DNA from: a candidate division WOR-1 bacterium RIFOXYB2_FULL_45_9
Lineage (GTDB): Bacteria > Margulisbacteria > WOR-1 > O2-12-FULL-45-9 > XYB2-FULL-48-7
Direction: 5' to 3'
Assembly (NCBI GenBank): GCA_001771575.1
Contig: MEUD01000001.1
Location: 415,277 to 479,276 of the forward strand
Length of the DNA: 64,000 bases
The first letter of the stretch is position 1, and every line of letters begins with the position of its first letter. Both the position numbers and the translations under genes were made by a program. Under the pieces are notes generated by a model that saw nothing but the letters and a program-made list of their open reading frames with translations, searched no databases and was not told the origin of the DNA. Below, in pieces: positions 21,694 to 30,913 of this stretch.

Positions 21694-22671
21694 TTAATCC
21701 TTTAATCTCTTTTTTGACACGGCACAAGCATCTTTTAATGATTTACAAGTGAATAAAGTATCCAACATGCACTTTAATCTCCCATTTGACCATATTTTGC
21801 CAATTGGCAATTCCTTTCTTGGCTCAAATGGTTCTCCCAAATATAATAAATAGTGATTTTTAACTTTACCTCTTTTTATCTCTGGGATTCGGCTATGCAT
21901 ATCAGCAACAATCTCATAAGATTTCACATAATGGATCGACTGCAATTTACCATCATATCTAAAACCCATATAATTGAGAGGTATTTTGGGCCAATTCTTT
22001 TCTGCTGGATAAAAGTAGAGGCGTTTTTTATTAATAACATCTCTCCAGGATATTTTTGACCATTTTGGTGTTTTATTCGATAGTGATACAACATAGACCC
22101 AATTAGATTCCTTGTTTTCCATTTGGACCTCCTCAAGCAAATATTTTTGCAGCTCTGATAAAAGATACTTTTCCTTATTTGATGCCTCATGGTAAATATA
22201 ATTAATTGTTTTAATCACATCATGCCAAGAAATTGACTTTATAGGAACCCCGCGAATTGATCGTTTTAAATTACCATTAAAATATTCTTCCGTGCAATCA
22301 CTGAGAACCAGAAACATTCTCTTGGTTCTCTTATAGCCGCCAAACCTCTCCCTGTATTTTTTGAGTTGGTCCAGGGTTGGCAAAGACCACCCCTTTTTTG
22401 CTTCTATGATACAAAAGAACCTATTATCAACAACAATTTCAATGTCCGTTATCCCCTTTTCCCCATGTTTTTGAAGACGAATAACAATATTATTGTATTT
22501 CATATCTCTGTTATACATTCGCTTGATTAAGGCTTTCACCAATCTTGGGACCCTTGCCATTGTATATCCCAAACTGTATGTTAAATCATTTTCACTAACG
22601 CCTAAAAGTTCAAATACGCTTTCAATTTGATCATCATTAATAGATATTACTGTTGATGGAGTTTTATTCAT
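21694..22671 (-). CDS. PD-(D/E)xK-like putative nuclease with an uncharacterised C-terminal domain, translationally coupled to hsdR
   Basis: 325 aa. The N-terminal segment GITDIEIVVDN...CIIEAKKGW fits the restriction-endonuclease-fold D...D/E-x-K motif. A 4-nt overlap with the hsdR stop and AT-rich codon usage link it to the island. Confidence 0.45.
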   Translation of the reverse strand: MNKTPSTVISINDDQIESVFELLGVSENDLTYSLGYTMARVPRLVKALIKRMYNRDMKYNNIVIRLQKHGEKGITDIEIVVDNRFFCIIEAKKGWSLPTLDQLKKYRERFGGYKRTKRMFLVLSDCTEEYFNGNLKRSIRGVPIKSISWHDVIKTINYIYHEASNKEKYLLSELQKYLLEEVQMENKESNWVYVVSLSNKTPKWSKISWRDVINKKRLYFYPAEKNWPKIPLNYMGFRYDGKLQSIHYVKSYEIVADMHSRIPEIKRGKVKNHYLLYLGEPFEPRKELPIGKIWSNGRLKCMLDTLFTCKSLKDACAVSKKRLKD

Positions 22672-25600
22672 GAGGCATACACGCTCTTTTCTGGGCCAGA
22701 ATACGCATCATAAACATGCTCATAAACTAACTCGCACTTCTGACTATAAACTGGCTTTGTGTATTTCTCGGGCAAATGGTCAAATACTTCATTTATCATG
22801 ACTTTGACCGCGGCCCTTGCCTCTTGTTTCTTGCGCCAATCGAGCACGAGCTTCTCTTGCTTTAGCTTTTCCAGCAGCTCTTTGGCCACTGCCTTGACTA
22901 CCCCCTCTTCTTTCTTGGTCAACTGCATGTCTGGCCTAGTTAAAATATCAAATACTGCTAATTCTTCTTCGGAAAGCCCTTCTGCGATAGTCCTCTTTTC
23001 TTCTTCGTTTAGCTGCTGGGCAAATTCGGTTAAACGTCTAAAGAATTCGTCAACGTTCATACTGCCGGCGTTATATTCATCGATCAATTTCTGAAACTTA
23101 TCCTGGAAGTCCAATCTGGTCCGGTTAAACCTGATCATTGTTCCTAAACGACGCTCAATCATCCCTTTCAGTTTTTCAACTTCAATATGCTTTCTCCCCT
23201 TTTCAAATTTGGCGCGTAAAGTCTCGAAGTCGATCTGGCTAAGATCGTAGATTCGGCTTTGCTCGGGCTTTTCGGCAATTACATAGCCTTCCGTGGAAAT
23301 CGATTCATCAAGAAGCTTATCGATCTCTTTCATCACTGCTGAAATGTCAGGCGGCGGCAATAACGATCGTATTTTGTTAGCGATAACTACGAATAATATC
23401 GCTAGTGGCGCTACCTCATGGGCAATTTTGTCCGGTAAGATAGCTTTGAATAAGCCATTAATCCGGGCAGCCATAACTAGGTAGGTTTTCTTCTGCTCTT
23501 CGGCTGCGATTATCATGTCCACCGCGTTATCAAGCAAGCCAACCTTAGCGAATCCTTCTGCGGCTAGGATTGCTTCAACATTAATCCCAAGATTCGAGCA
23601 GAATTCCGTTGTTTCTTGCAGTTGTTTCTTGAGAATCTCCACCAGCTCCGCCTTTTCGACAATTGGCGGCTCACCCGCTCCAGGGGTCGGCGCGTAGATC
23701 GCCAAAGCCTTTTGCAGGCTTTGGAAAACACCGACATAATCAACAATTAAACCGCTGACCTTGTCCTTAAAGACCCGGTTAGCCCGGGCGATAGTCTGCA
23801 TTAAAGTATGGTTGCGCATCGGCTTATCAAGATAGATGGTTGAACAGCTCGGCACATCGAAGCCGGTCATCCACATGGCACAGACAAAGACGATCCGGAA
23901 GGGATCGTTTGGATCCTTGAATTTTGTGGCTAAGTCTTCACTTACTATCCGGCGACGGTGCGGCTCGATCTCGACCCCCTTCTCCCGCATCTGGGCGATC
24001 TCATTTTGCGAAGAAGAGACCACTACAGCCATATCTGTCTCTTTAACATAGTTGATTAATTTTTCTAATGCGGCCCTCTCCTCTTCCGCAACCCCGCTCA
24101 ACTGCTTTTCCAACTCCTGCAAATATTCTTGCTGATATTTACGCACCTTATCGTACATTTTGACTGCCGTAACCTTATCAATCGCCACAACCATAGCCTT
24201 CCCTTTAAAGCCGCGGTTAAAGAAATGGCTTACTATATCTTTAGCAACTGTTTCCAGGCGATCGTTACGAGTAATAATGTGATATTGTCTGGCGAACTCT
24301 TGCTCCAACCGGGCTTGCTGGCGCTCATCCAGCTCAGCCGCTTCAACAATAGCGGCCATCTCATCATTTAAGCTTTCGTTTGTGAGCTGGACCTCGGGGA
24401 TTCGGTTCTCGTAATAGAGTGGCACGGTTGCCTTATCATCGATCGATTGCTTAAAGTTATAAACACTGACATATTCACCAAACACATCCTTGGTCTTCTC
24501 TTCTCCAACGATTAAAGGTGTACCGGTAAAAGCGATAAAAGAGGCATTAGGCAACGCTTGGCGCATGTTAAAGGCGAGCGTGTCATACTGGCTCCGGTGC
24601 GCCTCGTCCGTGATAACGATAATATCCGACCGCTCTGACACAACCCCCTGGAAGTTGAACTTATGGATCAGAGTAAAGATATAACGATGATTCTGACCCA
24701 ATAACTGCCGGAGATGGTCACCTGATTCGGCATGGATCTCTTGAGCAGTTATGGCGCCTGAATTGGCAAAGTTACCATAGATTTGCTCATCAAGCTCTTT
24801 GCGGTCAGTCACAATAACAAAGGTCCAATTGCCAGGGATCTTACGCAGGACTTTTTGGGCGAAAAAGATCATGGAAACGCTCTTGCCGCTCCCTTGAGTA
24901 TGCCAAAACACCCCCAGCTTGCCCTGTTTTTCCCTAATATCCTTAAATCCCTTAATAACGTTGTTGACGCCCAGATATTGATGGTTTTTTCCGATTAATT
25001 TAATTAGTCCGCCGCGAGATTGCATATAAGCGATATAGTTCTCAACGATATCAAGGAAGTTAGCCTTCTGACAGATCCCGCGGATCATCGTATCGAGGGA
25101 TATAACGCCTTGTTCGCCTTCACTATTGATCTTCTTCCAATCGGCAAAATGCTCCCACTCCGCAGTTATACTGCCAACTTTACTTTCGCTCCCATTGGAA
25201 AGGATAATAACGGCGTTATACCAGAATAGCTGGGGAATCGTGTTTTTATAATCGGTCAGGTTATCAATAAACGCGTTTTCTACCCGCTTATGTGCCGCTT
25301 TAAGTTCAATAAATAGTAAAGGGATACCATTTACAAACCCGACCAGATCAGCCCTTTTGGTATACATTTCACCGGTGACCCAGAATTGGGAAGCAAGGAA
25401 AAAGTCATTATTTTCGGACTTATCCCAATCGATAACTTTAACCGTTTCGGTCGTCTCTTCCTCTCGGCCTGTGGCGGGCATTGTAACGGGGACGCCATCC
25501 TTGAGCAGTTGGTAAACTTCCCGGTTGGCATTAACCAAGCTCATCGCACTCCGATCGCGCGTTATTTCTTCAATGGCCAGATCAATTGCTTCTTCAGTCA

Positions 25601-25796
25601 ATCCGGGGTTTAACTTATTCAAGGCGGGTCGTAGCCTTGAAACAAGAACAACTTCTCCCCGATTCTCCCGGCCCATAGTACTGCCGCTCGCCCGTTCGAA
25701 TTCTAGATAACAGTTAGCAGCTTGCCAGTTAAGATCTGTTAACAACCTGATTGTTGGTTGTTCAATTAATCTATCTTCCGAATAATGCGTTGTCAT
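22668..25796 (-). CDS. hsdR: type I restriction enzyme R subunit (helicase/endonuclease)
   Basis: 1042 aa with an HsdR N-terminus, Walker A (TQGSGKS), DEAH box (VITDEAHRSQ) and SF2 helicase C-terminal motifs. Confidence 0.9.
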   Translation of the reverse strand: MTTHYSEDRLIEQPTIRLLTDLNWQAANCYLEFERASGSTMGRENRGEVVLVSRLRPALNKLNPGLTEEAIDLAIEEITRDRSAMSLVNANREVYQLLKDGVPVTMPATGREEETTETVKVIDWDKSENNDFFLASQFWVTGEMYTKRADLVGFVNGIPLLFIELKAAHKRVENAFIDNLTDYKNTIPQLFWYNAVIILSNGSESKVGSITAEWEHFADWKKINSEGEQGVISLDTMIRGICQKANFLDIVENYIAYMQSRGGLIKLIGKNHQYLGVNNVIKGFKDIREKQGKLGVFWHTQGSGKSVSMIFFAQKVLRKIPGNWTFVIVTDRKELDEQIYGNFANSGAITAQEIHAESGDHLRQLLGQNHRYIFTLIHKFNFQGVVSERSDIIVITDEAHRSQYDTLAFNMRQALPNASFIAFTGTPLIVGEEKTKDVFGEYVSVYNFKQSIDDKATVPLYYENRIPEVQLTNESLNDEMAAIVEAAELDERQQARLEQEFARQYHIITRNDRLETVAKDIVSHFFNRGFKGKAMVVAIDKVTAVKMYDKVRKYQQEYLQELEKQLSGVAEEERAALEKLINYVKETDMAVVVSSSQNEIAQMREKGVEIEPHRRRIVSEDLATKFKDPNDPFRIVFVCAMWMTGFDVPSCSTIYLDKPMRNHTLMQTIARANRVFKDKVSGLIVDYVGVFQSLQKALAIYAPTPGAGEPPIVEKAELVEILKKQLQETTEFCSNLGINVEAILAAEGFAKVGLLDNAVDMIIAAEEQKKTYLVMAARINGLFKAILPDKIAHEVAPLAILFVVIANKIRSLLPPPDISAVMKEIDKLLDESISTEGYVIAEKPEQSRIYDLSQIDFETLRAKFEKGRKHIEVEKLKGMIERRLGTMIRFNRTRLDFQDKFQKLIDEYNAGSMNVDEFFRRLTEFAQQLNEEEKRTIAEGLSEEELAVFDILTRPDMQLTKKEEGVVKAVAKELLEKLKQEKLVLDWRKKQEARAAVKVMINEVFDHLPEKYTKPVYSQKCELVYEHVYDAYSGPEKSVYAS

Positions 25797-27112
25797 AATT
25801 GATTTACCATGTCATAGGAGGCTACAACATCCTTAATCTTATCTTCGCTGATTTTCTTTTCTCTTGCAAGCCTCATAACCCTCAAATGATACTGATTAAA
25901 TAATATTTTCTTCGATAATCTATTTAACCTGGCGATATATCTCACCCTTTGTCTTTTGTTTAACAAATCAAATATCTTGCCAAGATAATAACCACCTGCA
26001 TTCATTATGAATTTTTCATCAAGCACATTTGCAATTACCTTAGTTCGATATTTTGGGGCGAGCCCTGCGATATTGCAATTTATCATTCTTTTTAATATTG
26101 GGCTTCGTTTAAAGTCGACTCTTTTCCTAACTTTTTTCCTATACGCATCGTATGCCTTCTCAATGTCTTTGTGCTTTTTAGGGTTTTCCAATAGCTTAAA
26201 TATATCAAACGACCAATAATCGAAGAATTGCCTAGAAGTAAATAATTTTGCCTTACTAGCGTTAAGATTCAATCCTATCATTGCCAGCTTTTTTGATGCC
26301 AGAAACATGATCTCTTTTGCATCTTTTTCATTTTTTGATGCTATTATTTGATCGTCAGCATATCTTAGATACTTAGATTTCCTTTCTTCGCATATATCGT
26401 ACATATACTTGTCATATTCCTGAAGATAATAATTTGCTAATATTCTAGAACAATCCCCAACCTCATCTTGTGGTAATCCCGCACTCTGCTTCTCATAAAA
26501 CATATACTTTTTATTCCAATGCGATAAGAAATAAAATAGCAAATTAACATATTTAGTTTTCCGCTTGTCTACGGCTTCCCTTATTAATGCTTCCAATCTG
26601 TCCAGGCGTATTGAATCATAGAAGTTTGCAATATCAAATATAAAATAGTATTCATGATCTGATTTTGCATAGAGATTGTAAGCTCTCTTTTGATAATCAG
26701 TCCATGCACGTTTCCATGCAAATGAGTTGTAACTGTAATCTGGCATAGACACAATTTCGTCGTTATTTTCAATCTTCCGTATTTTTCCGCCTAATTTCCA
26801 GCCCCCATAGGTGCCCTTTACTCTATTTGCAGCTATTTCATCCTCAAGACTCTTAATACAATAATAGTAGACACAGTAGTCCTCTCTAGTAAGAGCGGGA
26901 ATAAAACGAACAACTAAATTCTCTTTATGTGATACAACAAATGTCCTGGGGGGAGATGGGGCATAAATCATTTTGTTAATCTTACCGACTAATTCCTTCA
27001 AGAATGAAATTCTATCGGGCGTCGAATCAGCGAATGGGCAATCGGTTTTATTGTGAATGTGCTTCCAGAATCTTTGCCCAACCACTTCGATAAAGTCGTT
27101 ATCTTTTAGCAT
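25793..27112 (-). CDS. reverse transcriptase (defence-associated, Abi/UG-like, non-retron context) embedded between hsdS and hsdR
   Basis: 439 aa with RT motif A (YYFIFDIANFYDSI), motif B (GLPQDEVGDCSRILANYYL), motif C (LRYADDQII) and a motif D/E region (IGLNLNASKAKLF). A basic helical C-terminal extension of about 140 aa follows. ATGA overlap with hsdR and a 20-nt gap to hsdS are consistent with translational coupling. Confidence 0.75.
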   Translation of the reverse strand: MLKDNDFIEVVGQRFWKHIHNKTDCPFADSTPDRISFLKELVGKINKMIYAPSPPRTFVVSHKENLVVRFIPALTREDYCVYYYCIKSLEDEIAANRVKGTYGGWKLGGKIRKIENNDEIVSMPDYSYNSFAWKRAWTDYQKRAYNLYAKSDHEYYFIFDIANFYDSIRLDRLEALIREAVDKRKTKYVNLLFYFLSHWNKKYMFYEKQSAGLPQDEVGDCSRILANYYLQEYDKYMYDICEERKSKYLRYADDQIIASKNEKDAKEIMFLASKKLAMIGLNLNASKAKLFTSRQFFDYWSFDIFKLLENPKKHKDIEKAYDAYRKKVRKRVDFKRSPILKRMINCNIAGLAPKYRTKVIANVLDEKFIMNAGGYYLGKIFDLLNKRQRVRYIARLNRLSKKILFNQYHLRVMRLAREKKISEDKIKDVVASYDMVNQL

Positions 27113-27132
27113 ATATATTCTTCTCTATCATA

Positions 27133-28296
27133 TTAACGATCATATATCTCTCTCCCTACCTCCCCGCCAATCAACTTCGGTAAAAGTAAATCGCGGGTTT
27201 GAACCAGAATTTTGTTCATGTTGACCAGGTTAGCCATCATTTGAAATGATATTGAAATCTTACCCTCAAAGTCATCTAATATTTCTCCAGGAATATCAAC
27301 GACTTCTAATCGCATTAGATCCTTTGGATAAACATGTGGTTGCGCCGCTCCTCTTTGAAAGTTGGTTACCTCATTTTGTCTATTTTTCAGCAACAAATAG
27401 AAATAATATAAGTATTTTGTGGTATTTCTATCAATAAAAGAGCAATCTGATGCCCAGATATCCTCATAATATATGTTTACATAGCCCGAGTTCGCTCCCG
27501 AAGCGCTAATCGTTATGACAGGAGCCTTTGTATTTGCCTTATTATGAAAATATGCCGGGCTTAACCCTCCAGCCACCACAGGAACTGCTCCCTCAATTAT
27601 TATCTCCCTGGTTATACTCTTGCCCTTTGCAATATCCACCTTTTCTCCTAATGTAATTACCTCCCACTTCTCCGGTATCTTCCCCAGCTTCGAATCAACC
27701 ATGTTCACCTTCTCATGCCCCGGAAAGCGGAAATTGACAAACCATTCGCTATAGATCATCTGCGCCATTTGTTCGATGATCTTTATCCGGCGGTTGTTGT
27801 TTTCGATCAGGTCGTCGTAGGCGGAAAGGATGGAGGCTATGCGGCGTTGTGTTGGGAGATCGGGGAAATTGATAACTAGGTCCTTAATTGATGCGATATC
27901 CGCACGTTGCCTACCAGATGCGCCAGCCATACTCTTTTCAGCGGGGCTTCTTATGGTTTTCGTAGTTGATAAATAATAAATATAATCTGGGTCAGAAATC
28001 GCTGATTTTGCTCTAAATACAAAGAATTCTGTCGAACCAAAAGCGGGGCTCCCTCTATATTGTGCAATTTTTCCATTCTCAAGACATGGTGTTATTCGGG
28101 CAAATAATGTGTCCCTGTCCTCAAATTTTGACCCGCCGCCTTTTAACTGTTTCTCTCCACTTGGGCTAACATACTTTGTTCCGGGTTGAATAGCCTCCAT
28201 CATAACAAATGGGTATTCCCCACCACGTTCCAGCTTTACTTTTGGATGAATTTCAACGCAATCCTCAAATCTTACTTTTCGCCAATTATTCTTCAT
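27133..28296 (-). CDS. hsdS: type I restriction-modification specificity subunit
   Basis: 387 aa with two target-recognition domains separated by a central conserved helix. It overlaps the upstream gene by 4 nt. Confidence 0.8.
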   Translation of the reverse strand: MKNNWRKVRFEDCVEIHPKVKLERGGEYPFVMMEAIQPGTKYVSPSGEKQLKGGGSKFEDRDTLFARITPCLENGKIAQYRGSPAFGSTEFFVFRAKSAISDPDYIYYLSTTKTIRSPAEKSMAGASGRQRADIASIKDLVINFPDLPTQRRIASILSAYDDLIENNNRRIKIIEQMAQMIYSEWFVNFRFPGHEKVNMVDSKLGKIPEKWEVITLGEKVDIAKGKSITREIIIEGAVPVVAGGLSPAYFHNKANTKAPVITISASGANSGYVNIYYEDIWASDCSFIDRNTTKYLYYFYLLLKNRQNEVTNFQRGAAQPHVYPKDLMRLEVVDIPGEILDDFEGKISISFQMMANLVNMNKILVQTRDLLLPKLIGGEVGREIYDR

Positions 28297-29315
28297 GGCC
28301 TTTGCTTAATATAATTATTAATCACTTCGTATACAGCGTTTGTATCTTTTCCTTCCAATCTTCCAATGTACCCTATTGGCATATGCTTAAACATTGCCTC
28401 TGTACCCTCCTTGATCATTTCAGATTTCGCTTCTGGCTCTGGATTAGTTGCAATATAATCCTGAAGGGTTTGCGCCACATTCCTTCTATGTGTGTTAATG
28501 GCATACATATTTGCATAAACGTTGTAATTTTTGGAAGCAAAACCCAGCCCATATGATACAACGGAAAGTAATGCCAACTTTGCTAATCCATATTCTAGAG
28601 TGAAAAAAGATTCTGGGCCAAAAACGATTATTCCAATACTTTTCATCATAAGAATACCAAAATACACGATAAAGTTAAAAGCGATGAGCCCTATTAAGAA
28701 CCAGAATGTTTTATCTCTATTGCCCAACCATTTCTCCATGCTCGCACGGTCTTCATTTGCCTGCTTTTCAAAATATTTGGCGAGAGTCACAGAGGCAATC
28801 TCGCCATGAGTAGTTTCGATTTCAGCCTTTTTTTGCTTCAAATTCTCTAGCTCATTTTGTAATTTTAGGGCTAATTCCTTGTAAACTATTTCCGCCTGCA
28901 CCGCCGCTTTTTGTTGTTTTTGCAGCTCTTCTTCATCCTTACTTTTTAATGCTGCTTCCTGTCTTAAATATACAAGGTTCGTTTTGGTTTGCTGAATCGT
29001 TTCGTTAGAATAACGCTCTATCTCTCCTTCCAACTGATCATGCAAAGGCTTGGGATTGGGATGGTTTAAATTAAAGCTATCGATTCTTTTTATATAATCA
29101 ACAAATCGTGTTTTTTTATTATCTATATCATCAATTTCGGGCTTCGATAAGATTGTTTTATACTGGAGTTCAGCAAATTCCCCAAATAAGCCCTGTAATC
29201 TAATCAAATATTCGGCGCTTTTTTGAAATTTTAATGCGCCATAATCATCCTTCATGGTTATCTTATTTATATCTATTTTACCTATTGAATCAATATCTAT
29301 ATTTTGTTCAGCCAT
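28293..29315 (-). CDS. coiled-coil protein with a C-terminal 2-TM hairpin, inserted between hsdM and hsdS (candidate abortive-infection/effector module)
   Basis: 340 aa. The N-terminal roughly 200 aa are strongly heptad/charged (QKQQKAAVQAEIVYKELALKLQNELENLKQKKAEIE). Two hydrophobic helices follow (FWFLIGLIAFNFIVYFGILMM and LAKLALLSVVSYGLGFA). A strong SD (GGGAGGG) precedes the start. Confidence 0.5.
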   Translation of the reverse strand: MAEQNIDIDSIGKIDINKITMKDDYGALKFQKSAEYLIRLQGLFGEFAELQYKTILSKPEIDDIDNKKTRFVDYIKRIDSFNLNHPNPKPLHDQLEGEIERYSNETIQQTKTNLVYLRQEAALKSKDEEELQKQQKAAVQAEIVYKELALKLQNELENLKQKKAEIETTHGEIASVTLAKYFEKQANEDRASMEKWLGNRDKTFWFLIGLIAFNFIVYFGILMMKSIGIIVFGPESFFTLEYGLAKLALLSVVSYGLGFASKNYNVYANMYAINTHRRNVAQTLQDYIATNPEPEAKSEMIKEGTEAMFKHMPIGYIGRLEGKDTNAVYEVINNYIKQRP

Positions 29316-29350
29316 TTTGCCCTCCCATTCATACTATTCGCCAGTGGGCC

Positions 29351-30853
29351 TTATAATCCCTTTTTTAATATAAGGCCGATATTATGCGATATTTTCTTTT
29401 CCAGTAGGTGCGATTCAGCATTTAGTTTTTCGAGCTCACCATTCAATCCTATGATTTTTTCCTTGAAGTCGTATTCTTCAGTCGGCCTTTCGGCGACTCC
29501 AACATATCTCCCCGGATTTAAGCTCCACCCCTGCTCTTCGATCTCCTTTAAGGTTGCCACCTTACAAAGGCCCGGCTTATCCTTTAACTTCCCTTGCCGG
29601 TATTGTTTGACCAGCCCGGCCAACATTTCAATCTGTTCCGGCTTAAAATCACGCAAAGCCCGGTTTATCTGATTAAAGGTGTTTCGGGCATCGATAAACA
29701 AGACTTTATTCTTAAGCGCCTTATCCTTCTCCTTATCAAAGAACCAGAGAGTCACTGGGAGTGTGACAGTATAAAAGAAATTAGACCCAACAGAGACGAT
29801 CACATCAACATGGCCCGATTTAATAAGCTGTTTGCGTATTTCCATTTCAGACGAACGGGCATCAGCCGCAGCATTCGACATAACAAAACCTGCCCGCCCC
29901 TTACTATTCAACGCACTGTAAAAGATCTGGATCCAGAGATAATTGGCATTATCTACGGTTGGTAGGCCAAACGGGAACCTTGGGTCGCCCTTAAGACTTT
30001 CAATGTCTACCCGATTAACATTAAAGGGAGGATTAGCCATCACATAATCGAACTTGCCGACACTTTTATGAATATCTTCTTTATAAGTGTTAGACTCACG
30101 GATATCACCTTCCAAGCCGTGAACCGCCAGATTCATTTTGCACAGCCTTACCGTCTCTTTGGTCTTTTCCTGCCCGTAAATGGATATTTCAGCGCTCGGC
30201 TTCTTCTTCCGCTCTTCGACAAAGCGTGCACTCTGGACAAACATACCGCCCGAGCCGCATGCTGGGTCTAAAATCTTGCCATGGAACGGCTCAATTATCT
30301 CAACGATTAGTTTAACAATAGATATTGGGGTATAGAACTCGCCCCCCTTCTGCCCTTCCGTCATCGCAAATTCACCCAAGAAATACTCATATATCCGGCC
30401 CAGCGTATCCCCATCATGCTCCATCGGGATTGAAGCCATTAATTTAATCAGCTCAATTAAGACCTTTTTATCAAGCTGGTTGTAGTTCCTGGGCAAAACG
30501 TCTTTTAAAGATGGGTTTTCTTCCTCGATCGCCTTCATCGCGGCATTGATAGCCTTGCCTATATCGCTACCTTCCTTTAGTTTTGACAAATAGTCAAACC
30601 TGGCAATTTCCGGCAAATACATTACCCCTTGCGCTTGATAATCTGCCTTGCCAATTGTGCGCCGGCCGGTCCCTTTGCTCGCTAGCTCTTTCTCGACAAT
30701 AGTAAATTTATGGTCAGCGTATCTCAAAAAGATAAGACCCAAGACAGGCGTGGAATATTCAGATGATTTCAGGTGCGAGTTAGCGCGCAGTTCGTCGGCA
30801 GCATTCCAGAGTCCTTTTTCAAGATCGGCTAGATTGTTTTCAGGTTCAGGCAT
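29351..30853 (-). CDS. hsdM: type I restriction-modification DNA methyltransferase subunit
   Basis: About 500 aa N6-adenine methyltransferase with NPPF (VMANPPFNV) and a SAM-binding motif. The start is assigned to the second Met (MPEPENN), which is preceded by AAGGAGG. The ORF-track start at 30883 lies in the promoter palindrome. Confidence 0.9.
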   Translation of the reverse strand: MPEPENNLADLEKGLWNAADELRANSHLKSSEYSTPVLGLIFLRYADHKFTIVEKELASKGTGRRTIGKADYQAQGVMYLPEIARFDYLSKLKEGSDIGKAINAAMKAIEEENPSLKDVLPRNYNQLDKKVLIELIKLMASIPMEHDGDTLGRIYEYFLGEFAMTEGQKGGEFYTPISIVKLIVEIIEPFHGKILDPACGSGGMFVQSARFVEERKKKPSAEISIYGQEKTKETVRLCKMNLAVHGLEGDIRESNTYKEDIHKSVGKFDYVMANPPFNVNRVDIESLKGDPRFPFGLPTVDNANYLWIQIFYSALNSKGRAGFVMSNAAADARSSEMEIRKQLIKSGHVDVIVSVGSNFFYTVTLPVTLWFFDKEKDKALKNKVLFIDARNTFNQINRALRDFKPEQIEMLAGLVKQYRQGKLKDKPGLCKVATLKEIEEQGWSLNPGRYVGVAERPTEEYDFKEKIIGLNGELEKLNAESHLLEKKISHNIGLILKKGL

Positions 30854-30865
30854 TTTGGGCCTCCT

Positions 30866-30913
30866 TATTCTAATTACAGGCATTTAATTAGAATATAGAT
30901 ATTTATATTCTAA
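30866..30913. promoter_or_regulatory. candidate operator/promoter upstream of hsdM: perfect 10-bp inverted repeat TTAGAATATA-N6-TATATTCTAA plus a third half-site
   Basis: Read directly from the sequence at 30888-30913. An additional TATTCTAAT half-site sits at 30866-30874, just upstream of the SD. Confidence 0.4.

Noticed and set aside
25793-27132. Retron or group II intron interpretation of the RT
   Set aside because: There is no intergenic space for msr/msd. The only gap is 20 nt. The protein has no maturase (X) or endonuclease domain, and no flanking domain V/VI-like RNA structure. The gene is in-frame-coupled to hsdS and hsdR.
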